From Candidatus Latescibacterota bacterium (GTDB taxonomy: Bacteria; Latescibacterota; UBA2968; UBA8231): 64,000 nt of DNA. Location: contig CBDETY010000003.1 in assembly GCA_965243025.1 (NCBI GenBank), positions 896,001 through 960,000 on the forward strand. The letters are read 5' to 3'. The notes below the pieces were generated by a model that saw nothing but the letters and a program-made list of their open reading frames with translations, ran no database searches and had not been told where the DNA came from. How positions within the stretch are numbered: the first letter of the stretch is position 1; every line of letters starts with the position of its first letter. A program made the position numbers and the translations under genes. Positions 32,001 to 42,329 of the stretch are shown in pieces.

Positions 32001-34416
32001 GGCGTTTTCGCCGGATGGCGCCACCCTCGCCTCGGCAGGGGGGTTTATCGATCCCACACTCAGGCTGTGGGACGTGGCAACCCGCGCACACGTCGCTACG
32101 CTGGTCAGCGGGCACGTTCATGGACCCTATTCCATCTCGTTTTCCCCCGATGGAGCAACTGTGGCTGCCGGGATGTCGGGTGCGATCTGGGTGTGGGACG
32201 TAGCGGCCCGGGAATTGATCAATACGATCGAAACGGAGACCGTCCTACCGCAGGCCAATACGTCGATCGGGTCTGTAGTGTATTCGCCGGATGGGACCAT
32301 GCTGGCCAGCGCGGGCTCAAGGAGTTCCGGGGTTTGGTTGTGGGACGTTGGGACGGGGAGGTGGTCGGGGACCCGCCTCGGGGAGCACGCGGACCGGATC
32401 GAGTCGTTGGCGTTCACACCCGATAGCGCCCTTCTGCTTGGTGTGGGAGCACGCGTATGCAGGCTGTGGGACGTGGCGGCCGGGGCAATCGCCGAATCGA
32501 TTATTGGAATCAGGAGTTTTTCCCTTTCCCCCGACGGCGCGCTCCTGGCTTTGGGGTCACATAGGGCGATCAAGCTGTGGGACATGGAGACTCGAGCGGA
32601 GATCGCATCCCTCGAGGCTCCGAATTGGGTGGAAAGTGTATCGTTCTCTGCTGACGGCAGGCTCCTGGCTTCGGCGATTTTTCGGGACAACACGATCAAG
32701 TTGTGGGACGTAAACAGCCGAAAGGAGGTCGCCTCCCTCCAAGGGCATTCCCATCCGGTCACGTCGGTGACGTTCTCCCCTGACGGAGAGACCCTTGCTT
32801 CGCAGTCGTGGAACGGCTTTATCCATAGGATCAAGCTGTGGGACGTGGAAAACCGCGAAGAGGTCGCCTCCCTGGAGGGACACAGGACGGTGGCGTTCTC
32901 GCCCGATAGCGCCACCTTGGCGGCTTCGGGATCAAACGACGACGACGGCAGGATCAAGCTGTGGGACGTGGAAAACCGCCAGGAGATCGCCACCCTTATT
33001 GGACATACATATCAGGTCGAATCGGTGGCCTTCTCCCCCGACGGCGCCGTCCTGGCTTCCGGGTCAAGCTGGGACAACACGCTCAAGCTGTGGGACGTGG
33101 CGACCCGAGCGGAAATCGCCTCCCTTGAAGGTAGTCACGTAGCGTTCTCGCCCAACGGCGCGGTCCTGGCTATGTCTGGGAACGGCAGGGTGAAGTTGTG
33201 GGACGTGGAGAACCACAAAGAGATCGCCTCCTTCCAAGGAGGGTCGGGTGGGGTATCGTTTTCGCCCGATGGCGCCACCTTGGCCTCATGGTCTGATGGC
33301 ACCGTGGTGCTGCGGGATGTGGAGTTTCTTCTGCGGCCGCCGCCCCAGACCCTGGCCAGGCTCTCCGGCGATGAGCAGAAGGGACCGGCAGGTTCGGAGT
33401 TGACTCAGCCGTTTGTCGTCCTGGTGCGGGACCGGAACGGGGATCCGTTGGCCGGGGCCACCGTCACCTTCGCGGTCACCGCCGGCGGGGGGACCCTCTC
33501 CGCCGCCACCGCAACCACCGATGCCGACGGCCGGGCAGCCGCCACCCTGATCCTGGGAAGCGAACCCGGAAGGAATACCGTGTCCGCAACCGTCGCCGAG
33601 CTGGACCGGGTAACCTTCACCGCCACCGGGGTTACGATTCCCCAAACTCTGAGCCGGATCTCCGGCAACGAGCAGGAGGGAGCTTCCGGCGCCTCCCTGC
33701 CCGAACCGTTGGTCGCCTCGGTGCTCGATCAGAACGGGGCCGCCTATCCCGGGGCCACCGTCACTTTCGAAATCACCTCCGGCGATGGAACCCTGTCGGC
33801 AGCCACCGACACCACCGATGCCGACGGCCGTGCCGCCACCACCCTGACCCTGGGGCGCGAACCGGGGACCGTCACCGTGGTGGCGACCGTGGCCGGCATC
33901 GAGCCGGTGACGTTCACCGCCACTACCAAGGCCTCCCCCGACTTCGACGGCGACGGCGAAACCGGCTTCTCCGACTTCTTCCTCTTTGCCGACGCCTTCG
34001 GAAGCAACGACTCCCGCTTCGACCTCGACGGCAGCGGCAGCGTCGACTTCGCCGACTTCTTCCTTCTCGCCGACCACTTCGAAGATCCGGCCCGCGGCAA
34101 GCTGCTGGCCCTGGCCCGGGAGAGGATCGGCCTGCCGGACGGACCGCAGCTGCAGCAGAACGCCCCCAACCCCTTCAACAGCCAGACCGTCATCTCCTGG
34201 TTCCAGCTCCGTCCGGGACCCGCGCGAGTGGAGGTGTTCGCCCTGACCGGGCAGCGGGTGGCAATGCTTCATCATGGACCCAGCAAGGCCGGGTACCACC
34301 CCGTGCACTGGGACGGTCGCGACGACCGAGGCCGTCCCCTGGCCAGCGGGGTCTATCTGTACCGATTAGTTACTACCGAGAACGTTCAGACGCGCAAGCT
34401 TACCCTGTTGCGATAG
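29092..34416 (+). CDS. Secreted metzincin-like peptidase with several WD40 propellers, Big-1-like Ig domains, dockerin-like module and FlgD-Ig/T9SS-like C-terminal domain
   Basis: HELGHAFGLYHD...YLMAYG; more than 15 FSPDG/KLWDV repeats; conserved C-terminal cassette. Confidence 0.93.
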   Translation: MKYFVLRVSILGLSCPFLLPPSSAYAHAPPADSVHFWVPFDFQQWRRDHPRPAAKGLADLNRGEPRTVRIIHLIPNDRPYRAAAVDTIKSVIRQIQTFYSEQMQAHGYGDLSFRFETDGQGEPLVHRLDGQRPDREYTESTVFEEVERAFDLDANLYLIVLDSEPPLRWDDGTTVLGTGVRYGKSGGFAWVPDLVDESISRISWKIAAHELGHAFGLYHDFRDDEYLMAYGVKGPYRLSACSAEFLAVHPYFNPDIPIEEGSPPDVELLSPTAYPADSESVSIRVEVGDAEGVHQVILASVFDIAVKGCRGVAGRKEDVLEFEYDGMHPRITWQNLSDPAAHPIFFGTVDGDGNVHEQQYILTAASPYHVATLEDHIRTTRITYSVAFSPDGTLASGSGDGTVKLWDVGTRELIATLEEHATWVYSVAFSPDGIVLASGSGDGTVKLWDVASRRNTATLAEHSDEVLAVAFSPDGTILASGSYDNTIKLWDVASRRNTATLAEHSDGVLSVAFSPDGTVLASGSYDNTIRLWDVETGERIATLEGHSFSVNSVVFSRDGTILASGSNDNTIKLWDVVSRRNTATLTDCRETVEALAFSPDGATLAAASWDQRMILWDVATGKRIEVFAHTSPVEAIAFSPDGTTLASGAGNGAVTLWNTSEWAKPRPYQVVMISGDGQQGAPGEALDQPLVVEVRDQYGDPVPDAPVIFTATDAEGAKLSGRFTVERAITDDHGRAALTLTLGLAPGATAVEVSLGGWGEGVTFRAVGIGLDITDMEGDYRTWHLPDEARVRLGTGALSDSDRSLAFSPDGQILAVASGIGVWLYDAPTARALALLPFPGANALAFSPDGATLASASWGITKLWDVANREEIFTLGRWDEGGGSSLAFTPDGATLATGKWDGTIRLWDVENRQKIVTLGRHDSQVQSLAFTPDGATLASGSRDDGIIRLWDVENREEIATFQEHIEVESLAFSPDGATLASAGGFIDPTLRLWDVATRAHVATLVSGHVHGPYSISFSPDGATVAAGMSGAIWVWDVAARELINTIETETVLPQANTSIGSVVYSPDGTMLASAGSRSSGVWLWDVGTGRWSGTRLGEHADRIESLAFTPDSALLLGVGARVCRLWDVAAGAIAESIIGIRSFSLSPDGALLALGSHRAIKLWDMETRAEIASLEAPNWVESVSFSADGRLLASAIFRDNTIKLWDVNSRKEVASLQGHSHPVTSVTFSPDGETLASQSWNGFIHRIKLWDVENREEVASLEGHRTVAFSPDSATLAASGSNDDDGRIKLWDVENRQEIATLIGHTYQVESVAFSPDGAVLASGSSWDNTLKLWDVATRAEIASLEGSHVAFSPNGAVLAMSGNGRVKLWDVENHKEIASFQGGSGGVSFSPDGATLASWSDGTVVLRDVEFLLRPPPQTLARLSGDEQKGPAGSELTQPFVVLVRDRNGDPLAGATVTFAVTAGGGTLSAATATTDADGRAAATLILGSEPGRNTVSATVAELDRVTFTATGVTIPQTLSRISGNEQEGASGASLPEPLVASVLDQNGAAYPGATVTFEITSGDGTLSAATDTTDADGRAATTLTLGREPGTVTVVATVAGIEPVTFTATTKASPDFDGDGETGFSDFFLFADAFGSNDSRFDLDGSGSVDFADFFLLADHFEDPARGKLLALARERIGLPDGPQLQQNAPNPFNSQTVISWFQLRPGPARVEVFALTGQRVAMLHHGPSKAGYHPVHWDGRDDRGRPLASGVYLYRLVTTENVQTRKLTLLR

Positions 34417-34653
34417 CTCTATTTCTCACCCCGGCCAACCCCCATTATATGGCGGAATTTCCAGTGCTTCTGCTCTTGTCCGGACAATTTTGCAGCTAAA
34501 TCTCAAAAGAGTCTGTTCCAGATAATCCTACTTCCCCAATACAAGGGCAAGGATTCCTGTTCAGTTGACGAGCTACACCTCTGAGAATGCGTTTGTTCAA
34601 TCATACCCTTTTTCTGATCTCATTGACCGCAGGTCTGTTTATGGGATGTGCTG
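34222..34653 (+). repeat. Direct repeat copy 2 (about 430 bp)
   Basis: Near-identical to 28501..28932. Confidence 0.92.
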
Positions 34654-35570
34654 GCAAAGGGTTCTATGTTACAGTGACACGTCCGGCGGAAATCAATTTA
34701 AAGGAATTTGACACGATTGCGGTTGCTGATATAAAACATAAAGATTTCATCGGTGATCTTATTCAGATTCTGACAGGTTGGGATACCGGGGACATTCTCG
34801 CCAAAAATTTCTCCGGGAAGTTGACCCGGGCTCTCAGGGAGAAATCTAAACGATTTGAAGTACTGGACCAGAAGAGTCTAAAGACGTGGATTGGTGAGGG
34901 TGATTCTAGCGCCGGTATCGCACTCATTTCCGGCGAAATTTACGAAGACTATGACGAAGATGTGACCCACAAAGATATTAAAAAAAAGAATAAAAAGACA
35001 GGTGAGGTTGAAACCGTTCGGTGGTATTACCGAGAAGGGACCGCAAGAGTAAGAGTTAGCCTGAGTATTGTAGATTCTCGTACACTTAAGGTGTTGGCAT
35101 ACAGGGAATTTGACGAATCTGAGAGTGAAATAAAAACAAGGGAAAAGAAAAAACCACCTTCCATTATTGAGGACCGCCTTCTTGAGACATGCCGAAAGCA
35201 AATAATTCGTTCTGTTTTGCGGGTGGTGTTGCCTTATTCTCAGCGTGTATACGTCTCATTTGAGACTGACGAGGACCTGCCAGAATTGCAACGTGGCTTC
35301 AAAATCGCAAAGTCGGGAAACTGGAAATCTTCGCTTGAAATCTTTGAAAGGATTACCAAAAACCATCCAAATTCCCCTGTAATTCATAAAGCTTATTACA
35401 ATCTGGGTTTGGGCTATATGTACACCGATCAATTTAATCAGGCCCGCACGGCATTTGAGGAAGCCTATGAAAGAAAACCCAGAAAAAGATACCGGAAAGC
35501 CTTGGCAAAATTGAATATACGCATTGAGGACAAGCGTCGACTGAAAGAGCAAGGGGTAGCGAACTATTAA
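34587..35570 (+). CDS. Basic lipoprotein with C-terminal TPR-like repeats
   Basis: Lipobox-like LFMGC; AYYNLGLGYMY...QARTAFEEAY; visibly more AT-rich than its neighbours. Confidence 0.82.
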   Translation: MRLFNHTLFLISLTAGLFMGCAGKGFYVTVTRPAEINLKEFDTIAVADIKHKDFIGDLIQILTGWDTGDILAKNFSGKLTRALREKSKRFEVLDQKSLKTWIGEGDSSAGIALISGEIYEDYDEDVTHKDIKKKNKKTGEVETVRWYYREGTARVRVSLSIVDSRTLKVLAYREFDESESEIKTREKKKPPSIIEDRLLETCRKQIIRSVLRVVLPYSQRVYVSFETDEDLPELQRGFKIAKSGNWKSSLEIFERITKNHPNSPVIHKAYYNLGLGYMYTDQFNQARTAFEEAYERKPRKRYRKALAKLNIRIEDKRRLKEQGVANY

Positions 35571-35618
35571 TTCACCTGGCAGTTGAAACAGAAAAGAACC
35601 AACTCGGGCGAGTAATCC

Positions 35619-36793
35619 CTAGTGTCCTGTCGTGTAAGTAACTGTACAAACAGTTGAAGGTGCCGTAGGTTTCTCTTGATTCCCTTTCTGAAAGGAGAGA
35701 CCTAATGGTGACGGGGCGTCCATTAACGCCGTTAGAGCTGAGTCCGTCGGACCGGGAACGATTGGAATCGATGGCCAAATCACGGAGCCTTCCCCACGGG
35801 TTGGTGCGGCGAGCCGAGATTATACTGCTGGCCGCCGAAGGCTGGCCCAATGAAGCCGTCGCGGCCGCGGTGGGTGTGACGCGTGCTACGGTCGGCAAGT
35901 GGCGCCGGCGCTTTCTCGAAAACGGGCTCCAAGGCTTGTATGATGAGCTGCGCTCAGGGGCGCCGCGATCGATCACCGACGAGCAGGTAGCCGAGGTGGT
36001 ATACAAGACCCTGAAGACCCAGCCCAAAGACCAAACCCAGTGGTCGCTGCGCTCCATGGGCGAGGAAACCGGCCTGACCAAGGATGCCGTTCATCGCATT
36101 TGGCGCACGTATGGTTTGCAGCCCCACCGACACAAGCACTTCAAGCTTTCCACCGATCCTTTCTTTGTCGACAAAGTACGGGATATCGTCGGCTTATACC
36201 TGAATCCCCCCGACCACGCCATGGTGCTGTGCGTGGACGAGAAGAGCCAGATCCAGGCGTTGGAACGAAGTCAGCCCATGCTGCCCCTGGGACTGGGCTA
36301 CGTGGAAGGGGTAACGCACGACTACAAGCGGCATGGCACCACCACCCTGTTCGCCGCACTGGACATCGCCACCGGCGCCGTGATGACCCAGTGCAAGTCT
36401 CGTCATCGTCACCAGGAGTTCCTCCAGTTCCTGCGCCACATTGAAGCCAACGTCCCGGCTGACCTCGATATTCATCTGGTCGTCGACAACTACGCCACGC
36501 ATAAGCATGCCAAGGTCAAGCGATGGCTGGCACGGCGGCCTCGATTTCACGTTCACTACACCCCCACCTATGCTTCGTGGCTCAACCAAGTGGAGATTTG
36601 GTTCAGCATCATTACCCGCCAAGCTCTTCGCCGGGACTCGTTCCGTAAGGTGTCAGAGCTCATCGGGCGGATCGAACGCTACACGGCCAAATGGAACGCC
36701 AACGCACACCCGTTCGTCTGGACGGCTACGGCCGATTCCATCCTTGCGAAAATCAAGAGACTTTGCGAACGAATCTCTGCGACACAACACTAG
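35619..36793 (+). mobile_element. IS630-family insertion sequence, copy 1
   Basis: Bounded by CTAG at 35619 and 36790; ends CTAGTGTCCTGTCG and CGACACAACACTAG form imperfect inverted repeats. Confidence 0.93.
35705..36793 (+). CDS. IS630-family DDE transposase
   Basis: [24 protein letters not shown] and [10 protein letters not shown] motifs. Confidence 0.95.
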   Translation: MVTGRPLTPLELSPSDRERLESMAKSRSLPHGLVRRAEIILLAAEGWPNEAVAAAVGVTRATVGKWRRRFLENGLQGLYDELRSGAPRSITDEQVAEVVYKTLKTQPKDQTQWSLRSMGEETGLTKDAVHRIWRTYGLQPHRHKHFKLSTDPFFVDKVRDIVGLYLNPPDHAMVLCVDEKSQIQALERSQPMLPLGLGYVEGVTHDYKRHGTTTLFAALDIATGAVMTQCKSRHRHQEFLQFLRHIEANVPADLDIHLVVDNYATHKHAKVKRWLARRPRFHVHYTPTYASWLNQVEIWFSIITRQALRRDSFRKVSELIGRIERYTAKWNANAHPFVWTATADSILAKIKRLCERISATQH

Positions 36794-38346
36794 CAGGCTG
36801 TTGAAAAAATCCTATTTCCTAAAAAAACATAGCCTCAGACGATTGCCCGTCGTACCGGCTCTTTTCTAGATTTAGAAAGATCCCAGAAAACGAGCCGATG
36901 CCCCAAGGAGGCCGGTAATGTCGATGAGCAAACGCCGGGAAAGTCAGCAGCAGGAGATCTGGGTGCCGACCCATACCCTGCCCGAGACCCCGAGCCATCC
37001 GTTTTACACCCAACTCAACCGCCTGCTTCAAGAGCATGGGTTCGATTCCTTTGTAGAAGAGCTGTGCGCCCCGTATTACGCCAAGACGTTGGGCCGTCCC
37101 AGTATTGCTCCCGGGGTGTATTTCCGCATGCTCATGATCGGCTATTTCGAGGGTCTGGGCTCGGAGCGGGCCATCGCCTGGCGCGTCGCCGATTCGTTGG
37201 CCCTGCGTCGCTTTCTCGGCTACGCCCTGACCGAGTCCACCCCGGATCATTCGAGCCTGTCGCGTATTCGTCAGCGCCTGCCCGAAGCGGTGCACGAAGC
37301 GGTCTTCGACTGGGTGCTGAAGGTGTTGTCCGACCGGGACCTGCTGCAGGGAAAGACGGTGGCGGTGGACGCCACCACGCTGGAGGCCAACGCGGCGATG
37401 CGCAGCATCGTGCGCCGGGATACGGGCCAGGGCTACCGCGAGTATCTGGAAGGGTTGGCCCGGGCCGAAGGCATTCCGGAGCCGACCCGGCAGGAGGTGG
37501 CCCGGCTCGACCGCAAGCGGGCCAACAAGGCGTCCAACCGGGACTGGGCGCATCCCCATGATCGGGAGGCCCGCATAACCAGGATGAAAGACGGCCGCAC
37601 GCATATGGCCCACAAGGCCGAACATACGGTCGATCTGGACACGCAGGCGCTGGTGGCCCTGCAGGTGTGCGGCGCCGATGAAGGGGATACCGCGTCGCTG
37701 CTGTGGAGTCTGGTGCAGGCGGACCGCAGCCTGAAAGAGGTCGGTGTCGATGAGCAGATCAGGCTGAGCGAAGTGGTGGCGGACCGGGGGTATCACAGCA
37801 ATGACACGATGAAGATGCTGAGGACGGCGGAGATCCGCAGCTACGTGGCCGAACCGGATCGCGGTCGGCGCAACTGGAAGAAGGATGCGCCGGCCAAGAC
37901 GGCGGTGTATGCGAATCGTCGGCGTATACAGGGAGACCGCGGCAAGAGGCTGCAGCGGCTTCGCGCCGAGCATGTGGAGCGCAGTTTCGCTCATACCTAC
38001 GAGACGGGAGGCATGCGCCGCACTCACCTGCGCGGCCACACCAACATCTACAAGCGTCTGTGTATTCATGGCGGCGCCTTCAATCTCGGGCTGGTGATGC
38101 GCAAGCTCACCGGAAAGGGAACGCCGAGAGGGTTGTATGGATTGGCATCCGTATTCTCGACTTTTTCCGATCGCGCAAACGCTCTTTTGGGTCGAATTTT
38201 CGGTTATGTGCGGTTGTTGAACTATCCTTTTCGGGACCATTTCTATAAATGGGAATGTTTAGCCTGATACCCCATTTTCTTGGGAAAGGAAATCATACAT
38301 CCGGGACGTCCGAATTTCCGGAATAACCCGGATTTTCAACGGCCTG
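36794..38346 (+). mobile_element. IS1182/IS5-like insertion sequence
   Basis: Inverted repeats CAGGCTGTTGAAAA and TTTTCAACGGCCTG, each flanked by CTAG. Confidence 0.9.
36918..38267 (+). CDS. IS1182/IS5-like transposase (DUF772-type N-terminus plus DDE)
   Basis: GRPSIAPGVYFRML...SER...TPDHSSLSR; VDATTL; VADRGY; VERSFAH. Confidence 0.92.
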   Translation: MSMSKRRESQQQEIWVPTHTLPETPSHPFYTQLNRLLQEHGFDSFVEELCAPYYAKTLGRPSIAPGVYFRMLMIGYFEGLGSERAIAWRVADSLALRRFLGYALTESTPDHSSLSRIRQRLPEAVHEAVFDWVLKVLSDRDLLQGKTVAVDATTLEANAAMRSIVRRDTGQGYREYLEGLARAEGIPEPTRQEVARLDRKRANKASNRDWAHPHDREARITRMKDGRTHMAHKAEHTVDLDTQALVALQVCGADEGDTASLLWSLVQADRSLKEVGVDEQIRLSEVVADRGYHSNDTMKMLRTAEIRSYVAEPDRGRRNWKKDAPAKTAVYANRRRIQGDRGKRLQRLRAEHVERSFAHTYETGGMRRTHLRGHTNIYKRLCIHGGAFNLGLVMRKLTGKGTPRGLYGLASVFSTFSDRANALLGRIFGYVRLLNYPFRDHFYKWECLA

Positions 38347-39435
38347 CTAGTGTTGTGTCGCAGAGATTCGTTCACAAAGTCTCTTGATTTTCGCGAGGAT
38401 GGAATCGGCCGTAGCCGTCCAGACGAACGGGTGCGCGTTGGCGTTCCATTTGGCCGTGTAGCGTTCGATCCGCTCGATGAGCTCTGATACCTTACGGAAC
38501 GAGTCCCGGCGAAGAGCTTGGCGGGTAATGACGCTGAACCAGATCTCGACTTGGTTGAGCCACGAAGCATACGTGGGGGTGTAGTGAACGTGAAATCGAG
38601 GACGCCGTGCCAGCCATCGCTTGACCTTGGCATGCTTATGCGTGGCGTAGTTGTCGACGACCAGATGAATATCGAGGTCAGCCGGGACGTTGGCTTCAAT
38701 GTGGCGCAGGAACTGGAGGAACTCCTGGTGACGATGACGAGACTTGCACTGGGTCATCACGGCGCCGGTGGCGATGTCCAGTGCGGCGAACAGGGTGGTG
38801 GTGCCATGCCGCTTGTAGTCGTGCGTTACCCCTTCCACGTAGCCCAGTCCCAGGGGCAGCATGGGCTGACTTCGTTCCAACGCCTGGATCTGGCTCTTCT
38901 CGTCCACGCACAGCACCATGGCGTGGTCGGGGGGATTCAGGTATAAGCCGACGATATCCCGTACTTTGTCGACAAAGAAAGGATCGGTGGAAAGCTTGAA
39001 GTGCTTGTGTCGGTGGGGCTGCAAACCATACGTGCGCCAAATGCGATGAACGGCATCCTTGGTCAGGCCGGTTTCCTCGCCCATGGAGCGCAGCGACCAC
39101 TGGGTTTGGTCTTTGGGCTGGGTCTTCAGGGTCTTGTATACCACCTCGGCTACCTGCTCGTCGGTGATCGATCGCGGCGCCCCTGAGCGCAGCTCATCAT
39201 ACAAGCCTTGGAGCCCGTTTTCGAGAAAGCGCCGGCGCCACTTGCCGACCGTAGCACGCGTCACACCCACCGCGGCCGCGACGGCTTCATTGGGCCAGCC
39301 TTCGGCGGCCAGCAGTATAATCTCGGCTCGCCGCACCAACCCGTGGGGAAGGCTCCGTGATTTGGCCATCGATTCCAATCGTTCCCGGTCCGACGGACTC
39401 AGCTCTAACGGCGTTAATGGACGCCCCGTCACCAT
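38347..39435 (-). CDS. IS630-family DDE transposase
   Basis: 362 aa; differs from copy 1 at two residues near the C-terminus. Confidence 0.95.
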   Translation of the reverse strand: MVTGRPLTPLELSPSDRERLESMAKSRSLPHGLVRRAEIILLAAEGWPNEAVAAAVGVTRATVGKWRRRFLENGLQGLYDELRSGAPRSITDEQVAEVVYKTLKTQPKDQTQWSLRSMGEETGLTKDAVHRIWRTYGLQPHRHKHFKLSTDPFFVDKVRDIVGLYLNPPDHAMVLCVDEKSQIQALERSQPMLPLGLGYVEGVTHDYKRHGTTTLFAALDIATGAVMTQCKSRHRHQEFLQFLRHIEANVPADLDIHLVVDNYATHKHAKVKRWLARRPRFHVHYTPTYASWLNQVEIWFSVITRQALRRDSFRKVSELIERIERYTAKWNANAHPFVWTATADSILAKIKRLCERISATQH

Positions 39436-39521
39436 TAGGTCTCTCCTTTCAGAAAGGGAATCAAGAGAAACCTACGGCACCTTCAACTGTTTGTACAGTT
39501 ACTTACACGACAGGACACTAG
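38347..39521 (-). mobile_element. IS630-family insertion sequence, copy 2 (inverted)
   Basis: Reverse complement of 35619..36793 with few substitutions; CTAG at 38347 and 39518. Confidence 0.93.
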
Positions 39522-39613
39522 CCCCTGGACAGGCTATGAGGGGACTTGAGACGGTCACCTCGTCGGTGTTGCCGTCGTCCTGGGGACAGGTCAAAGAATC
39601 GGAGGGGCGGTGA
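39522..39613 (+). pseudogene. C-terminal remnant of a secreted protein ending SSVLPSSWGQVKESEGR
   Basis: Tail matches the (T/S)WG-x-(V/L)K motif of three other ORFs; the upstream part is replaced by IS630. Confidence 0.55.
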
Positions 39614-39699
39614 TGAGCATACGTCGCGGTTTTCCTCCAGTCCTGGTCCTGAGAAACATCTCCAGCGCAGCGACGCTCCGAGCCGAGCGTGTAGCCCCA

Positions 39700-39880
39700 G
39701 GGTTTATCGTAGTCGGCATAGACGGTCGTATCCGTGCTGCGTTACCCCATCGGTGGAGAGACAGTACCCGCTAATAGTTCCGTAGCCCCACCTCGACCCG
39801 GGCAGTCCTGAAATCTCCCACGAACGCCCGCGACTGCCGTCTTCCGAAGGGCGCCTCCTCCGCGTCCTCCCGATATCCGA
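39700..39880 (-). mobile_element. Condensed IS256-like relic, copy D
   Basis: GAGGACGCGGAGG and GTCGAGGTGGGGCTACGGAACTA blocks shared with copies A and C. Boundaries approximate. Confidence 0.45.
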
Positions 39881-40122
39881 GACCGTGATTCGGTGGGATG
39901 CAATCTGAGAGGAGGGAAGTAAACGCCTTGCTCTATATAGTTATACCAGGTTTATTCTTAAATTCGCGCATTATCGAGACTCTACCGCGCCCTTTGTCGA
40001 GGGGGTATGCCTCCCTGCTCCGAAAGGGCCAGGGCGGGGACATCTTCGATTTACTCCGAATGGGGGCTCATCACCGGCCGGGCCGCCCCGGCGTCCTGCC
40101 GAAACCAAGAGGAGTCAGCGCC

Positions 40123-41253
40123 GTGGGATTCACCCCCTTCCAGATGGAACGATGGCAGTCCACCTACGAACACAGGGTTGAGTACAACCTTTCCGAGAGC
40201 GGCGTGCACCCTCTCACGATTGGTGAACTTCTGTCATACGCGAGTAATGAAACCGACTTTTCCGGCGTGCGCCTGGGGTACAGCCAGTCCAACGGCTCGG
40301 ATGAACTGAGAGCGCTCATCGCCTCCCTTTATCCGGGGGCCACGGATAGATCGGTGAGCGTCACCATCGGGGGCGCCGAGGCCAACTTCGTGGGCTTCTG
40401 GGAACTCGCGTCCCGGGGGGACAAGGCCGCGGTAATGCTCCCCAATTACATGCAGGTTCCCGGGCTGATCCGGAATTTCGACGGCGAAGCCGTTCCCTTC
40501 CATTTGCGCGAAAAGACCGGTTGGCGCCCGGACCTGAACGAGCTTGAAGCGGCTCTGAGTGCGGGTGCCGGTTTCATTCTGGTGACCAATCCGAACAACC
40601 CCACCGGCGTGGCGCTGACCTCGGCGGAGATGGACCAAATCGTCTCTCTGGCCGACCGGCACCGAGCCTGGATCCTCAGCGACGAGGTCTATCGGGGTGC
40701 GGAGGTCGCCGACGCTCCGGTTCCGAGTTTCTGGGGGAGGTACGACAGGGTTCTGGTCACGAATTCGCTGTCGAAGGCGTACGGGCTACCCGGAGTTCGG
40801 CTCGGATGGGTCGTGGGACCGGAGGACGTGGTGGACCGCCTGTGGGCTCGCACCGACTACACCACCATTGCCCCCCCGTCGGTCTCCGATGCCCTCGCCA
40901 GGATCGCTCTGTCCCCCGAGGTGTGGCCGAAGATCCTCGAGCGGACCCAGGGCATCATCCGGCACAACCTCGGCATTCTGGCCGACTGGGCGGCTTCCTG
41001 CAACGGCCTCTTCAGCTACACGCCGCCCGATGCCGGCGCCATCGCCATGGTGCGCTACCGCCCGGACATTGGTTCCCCCGAACTCGCCGAGCGGCTGCGC
41101 GTGGAGCAGAGCGTTCTGATCGTCCCCGGCCACCACTTCGGAATCGACTCGACGATGCGCCTGGGATTCGGTCTCCCTGAAGACGAACTGGTGGAAGGGC
41201 TCGACCGCCTGGGGGCGGTCTTCGAGTCGCTTGCCGGAGTCGCCGTGCGCTGA
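40123..41253 (+). CDS. PLP-dependent aminotransferase class I/II
   Basis: NPNNPTG, SDEVY and SLSKAYGLPGVRLGW motifs; GAGGAG RBS before GTG 40123. Confidence 0.92.
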   Translation: MGFTPFQMERWQSTYEHRVEYNLSESGVHPLTIGELLSYASNETDFSGVRLGYSQSNGSDELRALIASLYPGATDRSVSVTIGGAEANFVGFWELASRGDKAAVMLPNYMQVPGLIRNFDGEAVPFHLREKTGWRPDLNELEAALSAGAGFILVTNPNNPTGVALTSAEMDQIVSLADRHRAWILSDEVYRGAEVADAPVPSFWGRYDRVLVTNSLSKAYGLPGVRLGWVVGPEDVVDRLWARTDYTTIAPPSVSDALARIALSPEVWPKILERTQGIIRHNLGILADWAASCNGLFSYTPPDAGAIAMVRYRPDIGSPELAERLRVEQSVLIVPGHHFGIDSTMRLGFGLPEDELVEGLDRLGAVFESLAGVAVR

Positions 41254-41349
41254 GGGCCCGCCTCGTCCGGCAGTTCCACGTGTTCCACGCAACCCGGTTC
41301 ATCGTGCCCGGGATGGGGCCGGCCATCTCCTGATCTCTCCGATGGAACT

Positions 41350-41995
41350 GTTGGAAAGCTGGCGGTTCTGGTTCCCCCGGCCCGTTTCATACTCCTGCCT
41401 GTCGTCCGTTTCCCTGCACGGGCAGCCGCCAGCGCCGGCCGGGCTTTTCCGGGTCTCTCAGGTAAACGGCCCCGCCTTCGGATTAGATCCGCACCCGGCG
41501 CCCCCGCTTGACCGACTCGGTCTCCTTGAGACACAGGCGCAGGCCGTCGCGAGCGCTGATTCCCGACAGCTCCCCGGAGTCCCTGCCGGCGGCCACGTGC
41601 TCCAACCGCCTCCCGCAGCTCGGCGACGAAGCCGTCATTTCCGCGCAGCCGCGGCGGTCCCCCCTTCGGCGGTGAGCAGCACCGGGGGCTTACCCCACCA
41701 GCTGTTGTACTTGAGGGTCCCCCGCTCGAAGAACACGTCGTAGCCGTGCTCGAAGGGACAGCCCTGCTGGGACTAGCCAGCCGCCGCTGGCGGTCACCTG
41801 GGGCCCGCCCTCGAAGTGGTAGTGGGTGTCGATGTGCTCCACCACCCCTCCCCTGCGGATCACCCCCGCCGAGGTCACCGCCCCGGGCATGCCGAAAAGG
41901 AACTGCACGAAGTCGGCGTCGTGGATGTGCAGGTCGATGGCCGGTCCGCCGGTGCGGTCCAGATCCTTCGGGGCCCACCACGCCGGCATGGAAAT
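41350..41995 (-). pseudogene. Frameshifted C-terminal part of a Gfo/Idh/MocA-like oxidoreductase
   Basis: GGPAIDLHIHDADFVQFLFGMP; no NAD-binding N-terminus; several frame breaks. Confidence 0.72.
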
Positions 41996-42329
41996 GACGG
42001 GCTTGAAGTCAGCCGCCAAAACGCGCCGCAGAATCGCCGCCCTTGATGACCCCATTCGGAATGATCTTTCTGGTGGTTGACGGAGAGATCAGGCAGGAGT
42101 CCGGTTCGTGGGTGCCCTGGCATGGTATTGGCGAGACAACGCTGCAGAAGACATTCTCCTACGGAGAATACAGGAGCGGGACGATTCCCGAGGGATCCTC
42201 TCGTTGCCTTGCACTCCCTCTTGGGAAATCGGCACGGTGGATCGGAGGCCGGCTCTGATCGGGGAGGGGATGAGGGTCGGGACACCTGGCTAATCCCTGG
42301 GGGTTGGAAGCCGGTCGCCGCCGAGGGGG

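Noticed and set aside
39898-40122. Extended N-termini given by the ORF track (also 5112, 23560, 50909 and 58442)
   Set aside because: Downstream starts fit RBS position, signal peptides or domain starts better.
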